From Bacilli bacterium (lineage in GTDB: Bacteria > Bacillota_I > Bacilli_A > RF39 > UBA660): a stretch of DNA of 64,000 nucleotides. The translations under genes and the position numbers were made by a program. Positions within the stretch are counted from its first letter, which is position 1. Each line of letters begins with the position of its first letter. The notes under the pieces are model-generated. The model did no database searches and was not told where the DNA came from. It worked only from the letters and a program-made list of their open reading frames with translations. This document shows positions 1 through 12,178 of the stretch, in pieces. The stretch covers positions 9,660-73,659 of the forward strand of contig JAQUWE010000004.1 of the NCBI GenBank assembly GCA_028693035.1, in the 5' to 3' direction.

Positions 1-413
1 ATACCATCGAAAAAAAGGTAAAAGAAATTGCAGAAAAATTAAATATCACAGATGTTTTAAACAAATACCCTTACCAAATGAGTGGTGGGCAAAAACAAAG
101 AGTGGCTTCTGCTAGAGCAATTATCACAGATCCAAAACTTATTCTTGCGGATGAACCTACAGGTGCTTTAGATTCTAAATCTGCTAAAATGCTATTAGAA
201 AGCTTTCAAGTTTTAAATGAAAAATGGCAAGCTACAATCCTTATGGTAACACATGATGCTTTTACAGCTAGTTATGCTAGTAAAGTTATCTTTATAAAAG
301 ATGGAAAAATATTTCATGAATTACATAAAGGAGATAAAACAAGAAAAGATTTCTTTGAAGAGATTATTGATGTAGTTACTTTACTTGGAGGAGATGCAAA
401 TGATGCTCTTTAA
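1..413 (+). CDS. ABC transporter ATP-binding protein, BceA-like (5' partial, continues left of the window)
   Basis: The frame is open from position 3. It reads ...[17 protein letters not shown] (ABC signature), then [12 protein letters not shown] (Walker B) and TILMVTHD (H-loop). The 3' end overlaps the start region of the downstream FtsX-type permease. Confidence 0.85.
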   Translation, partial: TIEKKVKEIAEKLNITDVLNKYPYQMSGGQKQRVASARAIITDPKLILADEPTGALDSKSAKMLLESFQVLNEKWQATILMVTHDAFTASYASKVIFIKDGKIFHELHKGDKTRKDFFEEIIDVVTLLGGDANDAL

Positions 414-2412
414 AATATCCTCTAAAAATATTTTTAAAAGATTTAAAGATTATGCCATTTATTTTGTAACACTTATTTTAGGGGTTGCTATCTTCTATAT
501 CTTTAATTCTATTGAAAGCCAAACCATCTTTATGAATGTAAGTAGTAACAAAAGAGAAATCATTGATTTAATGATGCAAATGCTATCAGGTATTAGTGTA
601 TTTGTATCCTTTATTCTTGGATTTTTAATTATCTATGCCAGTAATTTCTTTATGAAAAGAAGAAATAAAGAATTTGGTATTTATTTAACACTTGGAATGA
701 GTAAAAAGAAAATATCTAAAATCATTCTAATAGAAACCATTTTAATAGGTCTTGTTTCTTTAGTACTTGGTCTTTTATTAGGTATTGTTCTATCACAATT
801 TACAAGTGGTATAGTAGCGAGTATGTTTGAAGCTAGTATGGATTGTTTTGCTTTTGTATTTTCAAAAGCAGCTGTTATTAAAACCATTATTTACTTTGGA
901 ATTATGTATTTAATAGTCATGCTATTTAATACATGGCAAGTAAATCGTTTTAAATTAATTGATTTATTACAAGCACAAAAAAAATCAGAAAAAGTTAAAA
1001 TTAAAAATCCTATTATCTCAGCACTTGTATTTATTTTATCAGTAGCCATTCTTGCTTATTGTTATTACACAGTCACCTCTGGTTTAGAAAATGTAGGTAC
1101 CGAAGGTGCTTTGCTTAAAATCATTGCCTTGGGTGCTATTTCTACCTTTACTTTATTTTGGTCATTATCAGGTATGATGCTTAAAATATTTATGCACAAT
1201 AAAAAAAGATATTATAAAGGTCTTAATTCATTTACCTTAAGACAAATCAGCAGTAAGGTAAATACAATGGTCTTTTCTGTAACTGTAATATGTTTAATGC
1301 TTTTTGTTACTATATGTGTTTTATCTAGCTCTTTTTCTATCAAAAATTCTATGACAAATAATCTTAAAGAATTAACACCTGTTGATATAAAATTAGATAA
1401 AAAAAGAAACAGTGAGAACCCTCTTTTTGTAGCAGAAGCACTTGATCAAGTACATTTTGATTACAAAAAAGACTTTACAGATATCATTACTTTCCCTGTA
1501 TACGCAACAGATGATTTAACACTAAAAGATACTGTAGGTACCTATGCAGAGGAACTCATTAAAATGAATAAATTTATGGAAAGAAATTTAGCTTTTGCAG
1601 AAAAAATTATCAAGATTGGTGATTATAATAAAGTTGCTAAACTATATGGACAAAAAACCTATGATTTAAAAAACAATGAATATATGATCATTGGGGACTA
1701 TCCAGATTTAATTACAATACGAAATGAAGGTCTTAAAAGAAATACAAAAATTACTTTAGCAGGACAAACCTTACAACCAAAATACAATGAAGTACAAAAT
1801 GGTTTTGTAGACATTGCTGCCAACCATGTAACAACTGGAATTGTATTGGTACCCGATCACATGGATTTAGAATCGATTGTTGTCCTTGATTCTATGATTG
1901 CCAATTACAAAGGCAATAACGATGCTGCAACAGAAGAAAAAGTAATGCAATTTAGTAACAATGAAACCCTTAAACAATTAGGATTAGAAATGACAACAAA
2001 ACAATATATTTATGAAAATAGTGTTGGTTTAGGTGCTATGATTACCTTTATTGGTTTATATATTGGTATTATCTTTCTAATATCAAGTGCTGCTATTTTA
2101 GCTTTAAAAGAGTTATCAGAAAGTACAGACAATAAAGAGAGATTTCTAATGTTAAGAAAGCTTGGTGTTGATGATAAAATGATCAATAAAGCTTTATTTA
2201 AACAAATTGGTGTATTCTTCTTAGTACCCCTTACTTTAGCCCTTATTCACTCTATATTTGGAATTATATTTGCCAATTCTATACTCTCTTCCTTTGGTAG
2301 TGAACAAATGCTAGAATCTGTTTTTTTAACAGCTGTATTTATCTTACTTATCTATGGAGGTTACTTCTTAATTACCTATTTTACAAGTAAAAACATTATA
2401 AAAGAAAAATAA
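400..2412 (+). CDS. BceB-type ABC permease (FtsX family, large extracellular loop), peptide-antibiotic sensing/resistance type
   Basis: About 670 aa with multiple TM helices at both ends and a roughly 200 aa hydrophilic central domain, coupled to the upstream ATPase. GGAGGAG at 387-393 favours the ATG at 400 over the TTG at 385. Confidence 0.8.
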   Translation: MMLFKISSKNIFKRFKDYAIYFVTLILGVAIFYIFNSIESQTIFMNVSSNKREIIDLMMQMLSGISVFVSFILGFLIIYASNFFMKRRNKEFGIYLTLGMSKKKISKIILIETILIGLVSLVLGLLLGIVLSQFTSGIVASMFEASMDCFAFVFSKAAVIKTIIYFGIMYLIVMLFNTWQVNRFKLIDLLQAQKKSEKVKIKNPIISALVFILSVAILAYCYYTVTSGLENVGTEGALLKIIALGAISTFTLFWSLSGMMLKIFMHNKKRYYKGLNSFTLRQISSKVNTMVFSVTVICLMLFVTICVLSSSFSIKNSMTNNLKELTPVDIKLDKKRNSENPLFVAEALDQVHFDYKKDFTDIITFPVYATDDLTLKDTVGTYAEELIKMNKFMERNLAFAEKIIKIGDYNKVAKLYGQKTYDLKNNEYMIIGDYPDLITIRNEGLKRNTKITLAGQTLQPKYNEVQNGFVDIAANHVTTGIVLVPDHMDLESIVVLDSMIANYKGNNDAATEEKVMQFSNNETLKQLGLEMTTKQYIYENSVGLGAMITFIGLYIGIIFLISSAAILALKELSESTDNKERFLMLRKLGVDDKMINKALFKQIGVFFLVPLTLALIHSIFGIIFANSILSSFGSEQMLESVFLTAVFILLIYGGYFLITYFTSKNIIKEK

Positions 2413-2420
2413 TATATGAA

Positions 2421-2447
2421 AAAAGGATAAAAAATATCCTTTTTTTT
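2421..2447 (+). terminator. Rho-independent terminator after the permease gene
   Basis: Stem aaaaggata / tatcctttt with a 5-nt loop, followed by a T-run. Confidence 0.7.
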
Positions 2448-2461
2448 ATTCCCAATAGAAA

Positions 2462-2490
2462 TTGACACCTTTAGGAAAATATAGTAAAAT
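2462..2490 (+). promoter_or_regulatory. Sigma-A-type promoter
   Basis: TTGACA (2462-2467), a 17-nt spacer, then TAAAAT (2485-2490), upstream of the ORF at 2516. Confidence 0.5.
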
Positions 2491-2515
2491 GCATATTGGA
2501 TAGAGGGAGAAACTT

Positions 2516-3262
2516 ATGGAAATAGTAGAGATTATAGTGATTCTTTTATCGACAATACCGATGACTAAAGTTGTACAAATTATGTCTTATACAACTCTTT
2601 TAAAAGATTTAGCTGATTTGGGATATAAAATACTTCCCACTCAAATAGCAGAAGACATTATGCAAGAGGCAAAAGTTCCTACACAAAGAAAACGCAATAT
2701 ACGTATGTGGATTCCTGGTTTGAATCTTGCACATGAATTTATTAACAGGATAAAATATAATGCTGATAGACCATTTCTTCTCCAACATGCAAAAGAAATA
2801 GATCGAGTGCTTCCACTTAGTAGTGAGGAAGAAAAACGATATCAAAAAAATCCATCTAGAATTACATCTATTTTAATTACCAACGATCAAAATAAAAAAA
2901 GATACAAATGGATGATGTTTTATGAAGGAAATGAAAAAAGTGAAATATGGTTTACAGAAGAGAACGAAAAAATAAAAATTGTTAAAGTAACTGGACCCTT
3001 TGTACATAAACCTATATTGGAACAATATGTTATTGTAAAAGAAAGATTAGAAAAAAGTAAAATAACAGAAAATGATAGCAAGCAAATTGAAAAAATGGAA
3101 AATGCACAAAGTGATATACAAAATAGATATTCTAAAAAGCAGGAACTACAGAAAGAAAGTCAGAACCTAAAAAAAAGAAAACAAGCTTCTTTAGAACAAG
3201 AAAATCAAACCCATATAAAAATAGCCAAACTTAAAAAACCAACAAGTAAATTTGATGAATAA
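2516..3262 (+). CDS. Hypothetical protein with a lysine/glutamate-rich C-terminus
   Basis: 248-aa ORF with AGGGAG 6 nt upstream of the ATG. I recognise no motif. Confidence 0.5.
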   Translation: MEIVEIIVILLSTIPMTKVVQIMSYTTLLKDLADLGYKILPTQIAEDIMQEAKVPTQRKRNIRMWIPGLNLAHEFINRIKYNADRPFLLQHAKEIDRVLPLSSEEEKRYQKNPSRITSILITNDQNKKRYKWMMFYEGNEKSEIWFTEENEKIKIVKVTGPFVHKPILEQYVIVKERLEKSKITENDSKQIEKMENAQSDIQNRYSKKQELQKESQNLKKRKQASLEQENQTHIKIAKLKKPTSKFDE

Positions 3263-3354
3263 AAAGGAAATCACTACGATTTTCTTTTTATTTTTATATA
3301 TAAATGATTAAAAAATTATATTTTATTAGTCACAAAAAAAGTAAATCCTAAGAT

Positions 3355-5382
3355 TTACTTTGGTAAACTATTTTCATTTACAGTACTACTTTGTTGTGTT
3401 TTACGAATAAGGTCATATACAATAATAGAATTGGATACAGAAATATCATCATCTGCTATCTTACTATATTTTTTAATATAATCAGAACTTACTGTTTCTC
3501 CTTCATTTAACACTTTACCTTCATCTTTTTGATGACTATAGTACATTTTATCAGTAAGCCAGTTTGCATCTGGGAATACAACGACATTATCTTCTACATT
3601 GAAGATATCGTGTCCAAGTGCATACTTACTTTGGAATCCAAGCATATTTCCAAGTGTTGGAAGTACATCATACATTCCCATAACTTTTGAAACTTCTTTG
3701 TGTTTAATGGTATTATCTTTTGTCCAAATAATAAATGGAACACGTCTGTTTAATTCATACTGATAATAATCTACTTCTTTGTATCTAGAATCATTTTTGT
3801 CTAAAACAGCATCTGTTTCTGGATCATAGTTATAGAACTTTTCATATTCACTTTTTTTCACTTTAGCATCATGGTCTCCATAAATGACAATTGCTGTATT
3901 TTCTAAAAGACCTGAAGCATCTAATTCATTGATGAAATCCCCAATTGCTTCATCTGCATAATGGGCTGATTTGAAATAACTGCCTAATTTTGTACCTTCC
4001 ATATAAGGAACATTTACAGTTTCCTCTTCACCAGTTGTATCATTCTTTTTCTGGTAATTCATACTTACATCGAAATCAGTAATATCTTTTCCTGCATTAT
4101 TAAATGGCGTATGATTGGATAGCATGATTGCAAGTCCATAGAATTTATCATATTTTCCTTTTATAGTAGATATTTTTTCAGTAGATTGTCTAAAGAACGA
4201 TTTATCACTAAGACCAAGTCCAATGGTTTCATCAATCTTATAATCTTTTGTATAACAATAGAAATTGTCATATCCAAATGATTTATGTACATTATTACGG
4301 TTCCAGAAAGTACAGTTATTACCATGCATACTAAAGGTATAATACCCTTGTTCTTTTAAAAGTTTAGGAATTGTAACATAATCTCTATCCCAATAACTAA
4401 TTGCGACTGTACCACTATTTGCTGGCATTAAACCCGTATTAAAAGTAAATTCCGTATCACTACTTGTTCCTACACTTTCTTGTGCATGGAAATTAGAAAA
4501 GTATAATCCTTCATTTGCTAATCTTTTTAAATTAGGTGTTACATCATTGCCATTAAATTCTGTGTGTAAGAGAAAGTCTTGAATACTTTCTGCATGAATA
4601 ACAATTACATTTTTATCTTTTAAAACATTGGTATAACTATTTGCATCTGTATTGTTTTCTCTAGTCTCATAGTAATTTCTAAAACCTTTATAGTTTTCAT
4701 CATACCCAAATAAAGGACTTATTTGTGGTTGAATCGATGTAAAGATGTCATTGGCTTGGTACATAAAAATACCAAACTTCATTGCTACATATTCACGATT
4801 CCATTGTTTCCCAAGTCTGCTTACATCTAAAGATGTTAACATAGAAACAAAAAAACCAGTTACAATAAGAGCTCCTATAAGCGTATTCATAAAACGAATT
4901 TTTCCAACTTCTATTTTACTTACTTTTGGATAATACTCTTTTTTCTTTAAAGATATATGAACAAAAATAAGTGCAAAAATAGACCATAGATAAGAAAAAT
5001 CTTTAAGCTCCATAACATTTTGTACAACCGCATCTCCTACATCTACTATTTGTAGAGAAGTTGCGAGTAATGAAATAGACGCATAAGATAGGTAGTTTGT
5101 ATAATACATCGAATTAATCAAACATAATAGTGTAAAAAAGATTGTCCATCCTAAATAGTATTTAAATTGATTTTTAGGTTTAAATAAATATCCAAAAGCA
5201 CCAACCAAAAGGACAATAATTAAATCTCCTAATATAGGTTTTATTTCAAAATAGTTTTTAACAGATAAAAATCTAAGCAACATTCCATTCATGACATTGA
5301 TGATTACAAACGTAAAAAAAAGTACATTTGTCTTCGCATATCGAATGGTATTCTTTCTTGCTTTCTCAATTATTTTTTTCAA
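3355..5382 (-). CDS. ltaS: LTA synthase family protein (LtaS-like phosphoglycerol transferase/sulfatase)
   Basis: Five N-terminal TM helices followed by an extracellular sulfatase-type domain (VIVIHAESIQ..., GTSSDTEF, MHGN, YGDHD). TTG start preceded by GAGGTGA. Confidence 0.85.
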   Translation of the reverse strand: MKKIIEKARKNTIRYAKTNVLFFTFVIINVMNGMLLRFLSVKNYFEIKPILGDLIIVLLVGAFGYLFKPKNQFKYYLGWTIFFTLLCLINSMYYTNYLSYASISLLATSLQIVDVGDAVVQNVMELKDFSYLWSIFALIFVHISLKKKEYYPKVSKIEVGKIRFMNTLIGALIVTGFFVSMLTSLDVSRLGKQWNREYVAMKFGIFMYQANDIFTSIQPQISPLFGYDENYKGFRNYYETRENNTDANSYTNVLKDKNVIVIHAESIQDFLLHTEFNGNDVTPNLKRLANEGLYFSNFHAQESVGTSSDTEFTFNTGLMPANSGTVAISYWDRDYVTIPKLLKEQGYYTFSMHGNNCTFWNRNNVHKSFGYDNFYCYTKDYKIDETIGLGLSDKSFFRQSTEKISTIKGKYDKFYGLAIMLSNHTPFNNAGKDITDFDVSMNYQKKNDTTGEEETVNVPYMEGTKLGSYFKSAHYADEAIGDFINELDASGLLENTAIVIYGDHDAKVKKSEYEKFYNYDPETDAVLDKNDSRYKEVDYYQYELNRRVPFIIWTKDNTIKHKEVSKVMGMYDVLPTLGNMLGFQSKYALGHDIFNVEDNVVVFPDANWLTDKMYYSHQKDEGKVLNEGETVSSDYIKKYSKIADDDISVSNSIIVYDLIRKTQQSSTVNENSLPK

Positions 5383-5533
5383 ATTATCACCTCATAGACT
5401 TTCTAAGTATACCACATTTCACTTGTTTACGCAATTCTGCACACGAAATTTTCATCTTACTTCTTACCTATATAATTCACCATTTTTCGTATATTTAGTA
5501 CAAATAATTATAAGAAATATGAATAAATTGTCA

Positions 5534-5560
5534 TAAAAAAAATATTCCGAAGAATATTTT
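5534..5560 (-). terminator. Rho-independent terminator after dnaJ
   Basis: Stem aatattc / gaatatt with a cgaa loop. On the minus strand it is followed by a T-run (A-run at 5534-5540 on the plus strand). Confidence 0.6.
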
Positions 5561-6668
5561 ATATATATTGATTAAATTCTCTAATTTCTGTATGGTCTTC
5601 TAGACCTGCTTTTTCTAAAGATTCAAATAATTTCTTTTGTTCTTTGGTCAATTTCTTAGGTATAATAACCTTTAAAAGAATGTACATATCTCCCTTACGT
5701 CCACTATTAGGGTCTTCAATTCCCTTGCTACGTAAACGATGTTTATCTCCTGTACTACTTCCTGCTGGAATAGAAAGTTTCACATTTCCATAAAGAGTTG
5801 GTACTTCTTTTTTACAACCAAATACAGCTTCTGTAATGGTTAAAGGAAGTGTTACATAGATATCACTATCTTCTCTTTCATACAAAGGATGTTCTTTTAC
5901 AGAGAATTCTAAATAGATGTCTCCATTTGGGCCTCCATTGGCTCCTGCTTCTCCTTTGCCTGCTACACGTAGACGGTTTCCTGTATCTACACCTGCTGGA
6001 ATACGTACTTTTATATCTTTGTTTACTTTTACAAAGCCTTTACCATGACAGGTAGAACATGCTGATTCATAGGTTTTTCCTTTTCCTTTACATGTATCAC
6101 ATGTCGTTCTTGTTTGAAATACTCCAAACATGGTTCTTTGTTCAGAAATAACGGTACCGCTTCCATGGCATTCACTACAATTTTTTTCTCCATGTCCACC
6201 TTTTCCATCACAATCGTCACAAGTTTCTGTCGTGTCAACATTGATTTCTTTGGTACAACCAAATACAGCTTCTTCAAAGGTAAGTGTGATTCTTTTTAAT
6301 AAATCTCTTCCCTTTGTTGCATGGGATCCACCTCTTGAAGTGCTTCCACCAAAGCCGAAACCACCTCCAAAAATTTCACTAAATATATCGGAAAAATCGA
6401 AACCTGAGAAATCAAATCCTCCTGCTCCACCTGCACCTGCTGCTCCATCAAAAGCTGCATGTCCGTATCTATCATATTGTGCTCGTTTATCACTATCTGA
6501 TAAAACAGCATATGCTTCTTGCGCTTCTTTAAATTTTTCAGCTGCATTTTCTTCTTTAGAAACATCTGGATGATATTTTTTGGCTAATTTTCTAAAGGCA
6601 CTTTTAACTTCTGCCTCTGATGCACTTTTGTCTACACCTAAGACTTCATAATAATCTTTTTTATTCAT
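5559..6668 (-). CDS. dnaJ: Molecular chaperone DnaJ
   Basis: J-domain with KKYHPD, a G/F-rich region, and four CxxCxGxG zinc-finger repeats. Confidence 0.97.
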   Translation of the reverse strand: MNKKDYYEVLGVDKSASEAEVKSAFRKLAKKYHPDVSKEENAAEKFKEAQEAYAVLSDSDKRAQYDRYGHAAFDGAAGAGGAGGFDFSGFDFSDIFSEIFGGGFGFGGSTSRGGSHATKGRDLLKRITLTFEEAVFGCTKEINVDTTETCDDCDGKGGHGEKNCSECHGSGTVISEQRTMFGVFQTRTTCDTCKGKGKTYESACSTCHGKGFVKVNKDIKVRIPAGVDTGNRLRVAGKGEAGANGGPNGDIYLEFSVKEHPLYEREDSDIYVTLPLTITEAVFGCKKEVPTLYGNVKLSIPAGSSTGDKHRLRSKGIEDPNSGRKGDMYILLKVIIPKKLTKEQKKLFESLEKAGLEDHTEIREFNQYI

Positions 6669-6682
6669 ACAACACCTACTCC

Positions 6683-8485
6683 CTAACTATTATATATTTC
6701 TTCAAATTCACTTACTAAACCTTCAAATGTTTGAATGGCATTTTCAATTGGATATGGTTTTGTTAAATCACATCCTGTTTTTTGCAATAACTCTATTGGT
6801 GAATAGCTATTTCCACTCTTTAAAAATGTTAAATAATTTTCTAAAGCGCCTTCCTTTTCATCCAAAATATCATTTACGATTTTTGTGGCACAAGAAAGCC
6901 CTGTCGCATATTTATATACATAAAAATTATAATAGAAATGTGGAATTCTACACCATTCATATTTGATTTCTTCATCAATCACAACGTCTTTACCAAAATA
7001 TAATTTATTTATGTCATAATACTTTTGATTCAAAGTATCCGCTGTTAAAATTTCGCTTCTTTCCTTCATTTCATACAGATCTTTTTCAAATTCAGCAAAC
7101 ATTGTTTGTCTAAATATGGTAGCTTTGTATAAATCTAAAAGCTCATTTAACAAGATAAGTTTTTCTTCCTTATTCGTTGTCTTTTGCAATAAATATTTAT
7201 ATAAAAATAATTCATTAACAGTAGAAGCAACCTCAGCTACAAATATTTTATAATCCCCAGTTTGATAAGGTTGATTGCTTCTTGTATAGTAACTATGCAT
7301 AGAATGCCCTAATTCGTGAATTAATGTTGATACACTATTTAATTGTCCCTCATAATTAAGAAGAATAAAAGGAAGTGTATCATAGGAACCACCAGAGAAG
7401 GCACCCCCTCTTTTTCCTTTATTTGGATAAATATCAATCCATCCATCAGTAAAGGCTTTAGATGCATCTGCTACATAAGTATCACCAAGTGGCTTTAACG
7501 CTTCTAAAACAAGAGCATGGGCTTCATCAAAAGTATACTTTTTATTACTTTCTCCAATAGGATTCACATAGGTATCGTATAAATGATACTCTTCTAATCC
7601 AAGAATGTTTTTCTTTAAAGCATAATATTTATATAAAGCAGGTAACCCCTTATGAACAGTCTCAATAAGTGTTTCATAAACATTCTCTGATACCTCATCA
7701 GGAAATAAAGAAGCTTCTAGAGAGGTATTAAAATTTTCAAAGTTAGCAATCACTTTATTCAATTCTGTATTGGCTTCAATTGTATTTGCAATGGTATGGT
7801 TGTATTGTTTATATACCTTATAAATGGCTTCAAAAGCACGTTTTCTAACATCTCTATTTTTGGATTCTATATAAATCGAATAATTGCTTTGCGTTAATTC
7901 CACTTCATGGTTTTCTTCATCTAAAATTTTACCAAATACCATATCTGTATCTACTAACGTACTATAAATATTACTAGGGGCAAGCAGAACATTTCTTAAA
8001 GAAGAAACAACCTTTTCCTGATCTTTTGATAAATTATGTCCTTTATATCTGAAAATATCAAATAATATTTTTTCAAATTTACGTAATTCAGGAAATTCTA
8101 TATACATTGTCTCTATTTCTTTATACTCTTTTTCTAGTAATTCAGGTTTTACAAAGGTAGATAGAATTCCTATTTCTGTATATAAATTTTCTACTTTACC
8201 ATTTAATTGTTGATAGTGGGAATTGGAAGTATCCCCTTCATATAAATAGTGTGCATAAGAATATAATTTATCTAATTCTCTTTCTATCTTTTCATCGAAT
8301 TGTAAAAATTCATATAAATTTTTTGAAGATTCTAAAAAAGTTTTTTCGTATTTTTTATACAATAAGGCTTTTTCTTTTGTTTCTTCATATGCCTTATAAA
8401 ATTCTTCTTCTGTCCTGTAGATACTTTTTAAATCCCATTTGTACTTCTCATCAATCTCACTTCTGTTTTTGATGTTTTGTTCCAT
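6683..8485 (-). CDS. pepF: Oligoendopeptidase F (peptidase M3B)
   Basis: 600 aa with the HELGHSMH zinc motif and the typical PepF N-terminus (KYKWDL). Its stop lies 14 nt upstream of the dnaJ start. Confidence 0.9.
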   Translation of the reverse strand: MEQNIKNRSEIDEKYKWDLKSIYRTEEEFYKAYEETKEKALLYKKYEKTFLESSKNLYEFLQFDEKIERELDKLYSYAHYLYEGDTSNSHYQQLNGKVENLYTEIGILSTFVKPELLEKEYKEIETMYIEFPELRKFEKILFDIFRYKGHNLSKDQEKVVSSLRNVLLAPSNIYSTLVDTDMVFGKILDEENHEVELTQSNYSIYIESKNRDVRKRAFEAIYKVYKQYNHTIANTIEANTELNKVIANFENFNTSLEASLFPDEVSENVYETLIETVHKGLPALYKYYALKKNILGLEEYHLYDTYVNPIGESNKKYTFDEAHALVLEALKPLGDTYVADASKAFTDGWIDIYPNKGKRGGAFSGGSYDTLPFILLNYEGQLNSVSTLIHELGHSMHSYYTRSNQPYQTGDYKIFVAEVASTVNELFLYKYLLQKTTNKEEKLILLNELLDLYKATIFRQTMFAEFEKDLYEMKERSEILTADTLNQKYYDINKLYFGKDVVIDEEIKYEWCRIPHFYYNFYVYKYATGLSCATKIVNDILDEKEGALENYLTFLKSGNSYSPIELLQKTGCDLTKPYPIENAIQTFEGLVSEFEEIYNS

Positions 8486-8511
8486 TTTTTCTCCTTTTAT
8501 TTACAAGACAA

Positions 8512-8531
8512 AGTTCTAGTCTCCTAGAACT
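8512..8531 (-). other. 8-bp hairpin between dnaK and pepF (possible attenuator or processing site)
   Basis: agttctag / ctagaact with a tctc loop. There is only a weak T-run on the minus strand. Confidence 0.3.
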
Positions 8532-8545
8532 TCTCTTATATTCTT

Positions 8546-10384
<1,839 letters not shown>

Positions 10385-10399
10385 TTATCTCTCCTTTTC

Positions 10400-10981
10400 T
10401 TATTCACTTACTTTGACCATAGCAGGTCTTATTACTTTATCTTTTAATAAATATCCTTTTTGAAGGACTTCTAAAACCATACCTGGTTCTACGCCCTCTT
10501 TAGCTTCTGTCATAACGCCCTGGTGATAGGTTGCATCAAATGGTTTATTATTTCCATCAATTGCTTTTACACCAAAGCTTTCTAATACTTTTATTAAATG
10601 ACAATATATCATTTTAAAACCTTCTAAGAATTTTGATAATTCATCTTCTAAATTATCATCATCTAATTTAATCGCTCTTTCAAAGTTATCCACAATTGGT
10701 AATATTTCAAGAGCAATGTCTTCATGTGCATACTTTAGCATGTAACTTACTTCTTCATCTTTTCTTTTACGATAATTGATCAGTTCTGCTTTTTCTGACA
10801 AGACTTTATTTTCTAATTCTTTAATTTGATTTTGGAGTTCTTCTGTGATGTTTTTTTTCTTTTCTTTTTTTTCTTTTTTCTTTTCTTCTTTATGTGGACA
10901 CTGACAAGTGTCTCCTTTTTCTTCGCAAGTACAGTTGTCAGTATGTAACATTTCTTCTTTTTCTATTTCTTTATCTGGCAT
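10400..10981 (-). CDS. grpE: Nucleotide exchange factor GrpE
   Basis: Charged coiled-coil N-terminus and a conserved C-terminus (RPAMVKV). It sits between hrcA and dnaK. Confidence 0.93.
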   Translation of the reverse strand: MPDKEIEKEEMLHTDNCTCEEKGDTCQCPHKEEKKKEKKEKKKNITEELQNQIKELENKVLSEKAELINYRKRKDEEVSYMLKYAHEDIALEILPIVDNFERAIKLDDDNLEDELSKFLEGFKMIYCHLIKVLESFGVKAIDGNNKPFDATYHQGVMTEAKEGVEPGMVLEVLQKGYLLKDKVIRPAMVKVSE

Positions 10982-10984
10982 ACT

Positions 10985-11977
10985 TTACTCCTTTTCAATA
11001 TTTTCTTTAATATAATTTAATAATGCGGTAACTTTGTCATATTCCATTCGTTTGGGTCCAATTAAAGCAAGGGTTCCTTCTTCTCCATTCATAGAATAAT
11101 TGGTCTTAATAATCGCTACATCATTGTCAAATTCATTTTCACTTCCAATGTAGATATGTACCCCTTCATCATCTTCTCTAATATGATCCACCATATTTTG
11201 GTTATCAAATTTTTCTAAAATAGTTCTTATTTTATCTGCATTATTGAATTCAGGTTCTTTTAACATGTTATAGTTATTGTTTACCTTTACATTAGAAGCT
11301 TGTTGTAAATCTGTAAAGACTGTATAGAAAGCATTGTATAAAACCTCTTTTTGTTTGATTTCATTTCCAATAATTGGTTTTACTTCATATTCTAGTTTTT
11401 CACTCACTTCATCGACTGGTGTCCCAATAATATGATGGTTGATGATTTCTACAACTTGTTTGATTTCTTCTGGTTTGATAGCTTCTTTAATAAACATTTT
11501 CTTATGTTCAACATGTCCTTTGTCTGTTACTACAATGGCGATAAAACTATTTTGATCAAGTGGGATTACTTCTACTCTACTAATTTTATTGTCTTTGGAA
11601 GATTTTCCTAAAACAACAGAAGTATAACTTGTTAACTCTGAAATAATTTCCATACTTTTAATAATCGTATCAGAAAGCATCAGCGAATTATTGCGGAATA
11701 TGGTTTGTAATTTTAAAACATCTTCGCCACTAAGTTCCTTTGGTTTCATAATATTGTCTACGTAATACCGATATCCTTGTTCAGAAGGAATACGACCTGA
11801 TGAAGTATGTGTTTTTTCAAGCAAACCCATTTCTTCTAAAAGGCTCATTTCGTTACGAATGGTTGCACTTGAGCATTTTAATAAATTGCACAGTGATTTT
11901 GAACCAATCGGACGCGCTGTTTTAATATAATCTTCTACAATAAATTTTAGTAATTCTTTTTGTCTTTGTGAAAGCAA
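10985..11977 (-). CDS. hrcA: Heat-inducible transcription repressor HrcA
   Basis: Winged-helix N-terminus (LSQRQKELLKFIVEDY...PIGSK). AGAGGTGA plus 5 nt favours the TTG at 11977; the GTG at 11986 lies inside the SD. Confidence 0.93.
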   Translation of the reverse strand: MLSQRQKELLKFIVEDYIKTARPIGSKSLCNLLKCSSATIRNEMSLLEEMGLLEKTHTSSGRIPSEQGYRYYVDNIMKPKELSGEDVLKLQTIFRNNSLMLSDTIIKSMEIISELTSYTSVVLGKSSKDNKISRVEVIPLDQNSFIAIVVTDKGHVEHKKMFIKEAIKPEEIKQVVEIINHHIIGTPVDEVSEKLEYEVKPIIGNEIKQKEVLYNAFYTVFTDLQQASNVKVNNNYNMLKEPEFNNADKIRTILEKFDNQNMVDHIREDDEGVHIYIGSENEFDNDVAIIKTNYSMNGEEGTLALIGPKRMEYDKVTALLNYIKENIEKE

Positions 11978-12016
11978 TCTTATCACCTCTTTGTAGTATA
12001 TGCAGTTTTCTATTTT

Positions 12017-12043
12017 TTAGCACTCCTTATATATGAGTGACAA
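12017..12043 (-). promoter_or_regulatory. CIRCE operator (HrcA binding site)
   Basis: TTAGCACTC-N9-GAGTGACAA, matching the consensus TTAGCACTC-N9-GAGTGCTAA at 16 of 18 positions. It lies immediately downstream of the -10 box. Confidence 0.85.
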
Positions 12044-12047
12044 TACA

Positions 12048-12076
12048 AGTATAGCATCCCTTTGTAGCATTGTCAA
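12048..12076 (-). promoter_or_regulatory. Sigma-A promoter of the hrcA operon
   Basis: On the minus strand: TTGACA, a 17-nt spacer, then TATACT, located between the two CIRCE copies. Confidence 0.6.
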
Positions 12077-12090
12077 CGGAAGAGTGCTAA
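12064..12090 (-). promoter_or_regulatory. Second, degenerate CIRCE-like element overlapping the -35 box
   Basis: gtagcattg-N9-GAGTGCTAA. The right half-site is perfect; the left half matches at 6 of 9 positions. Confidence 0.4.
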
Positions 12091-12145
12091 AAAAATAAAA
12101 TTTTATTTCTCTATACATTTTGTTCTTATTACTTTTTACTTATAC

Positions 12146-12168
12146 AAAAAGGGACTTATGTCCTTTTT
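12146..12168 (-). terminator. Rho-independent terminator after the pilin-like gene
   Basis: Stem aaaaagggac / gtccttttt with a ttat loop. A/T-runs flank both sides. Confidence 0.6.
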
Positions 12169-12178
12169 TTATTATAAA

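Noticed and set aside
5849-6573. Alternative-frame and antisense ORFs inside dnaJ (up to 147 aa)
   Set aside because: They overlap an unambiguous DnaJ CDS completely. The Gly/Phe-rich and Cys-repeat coding sequence keeps other frames open.
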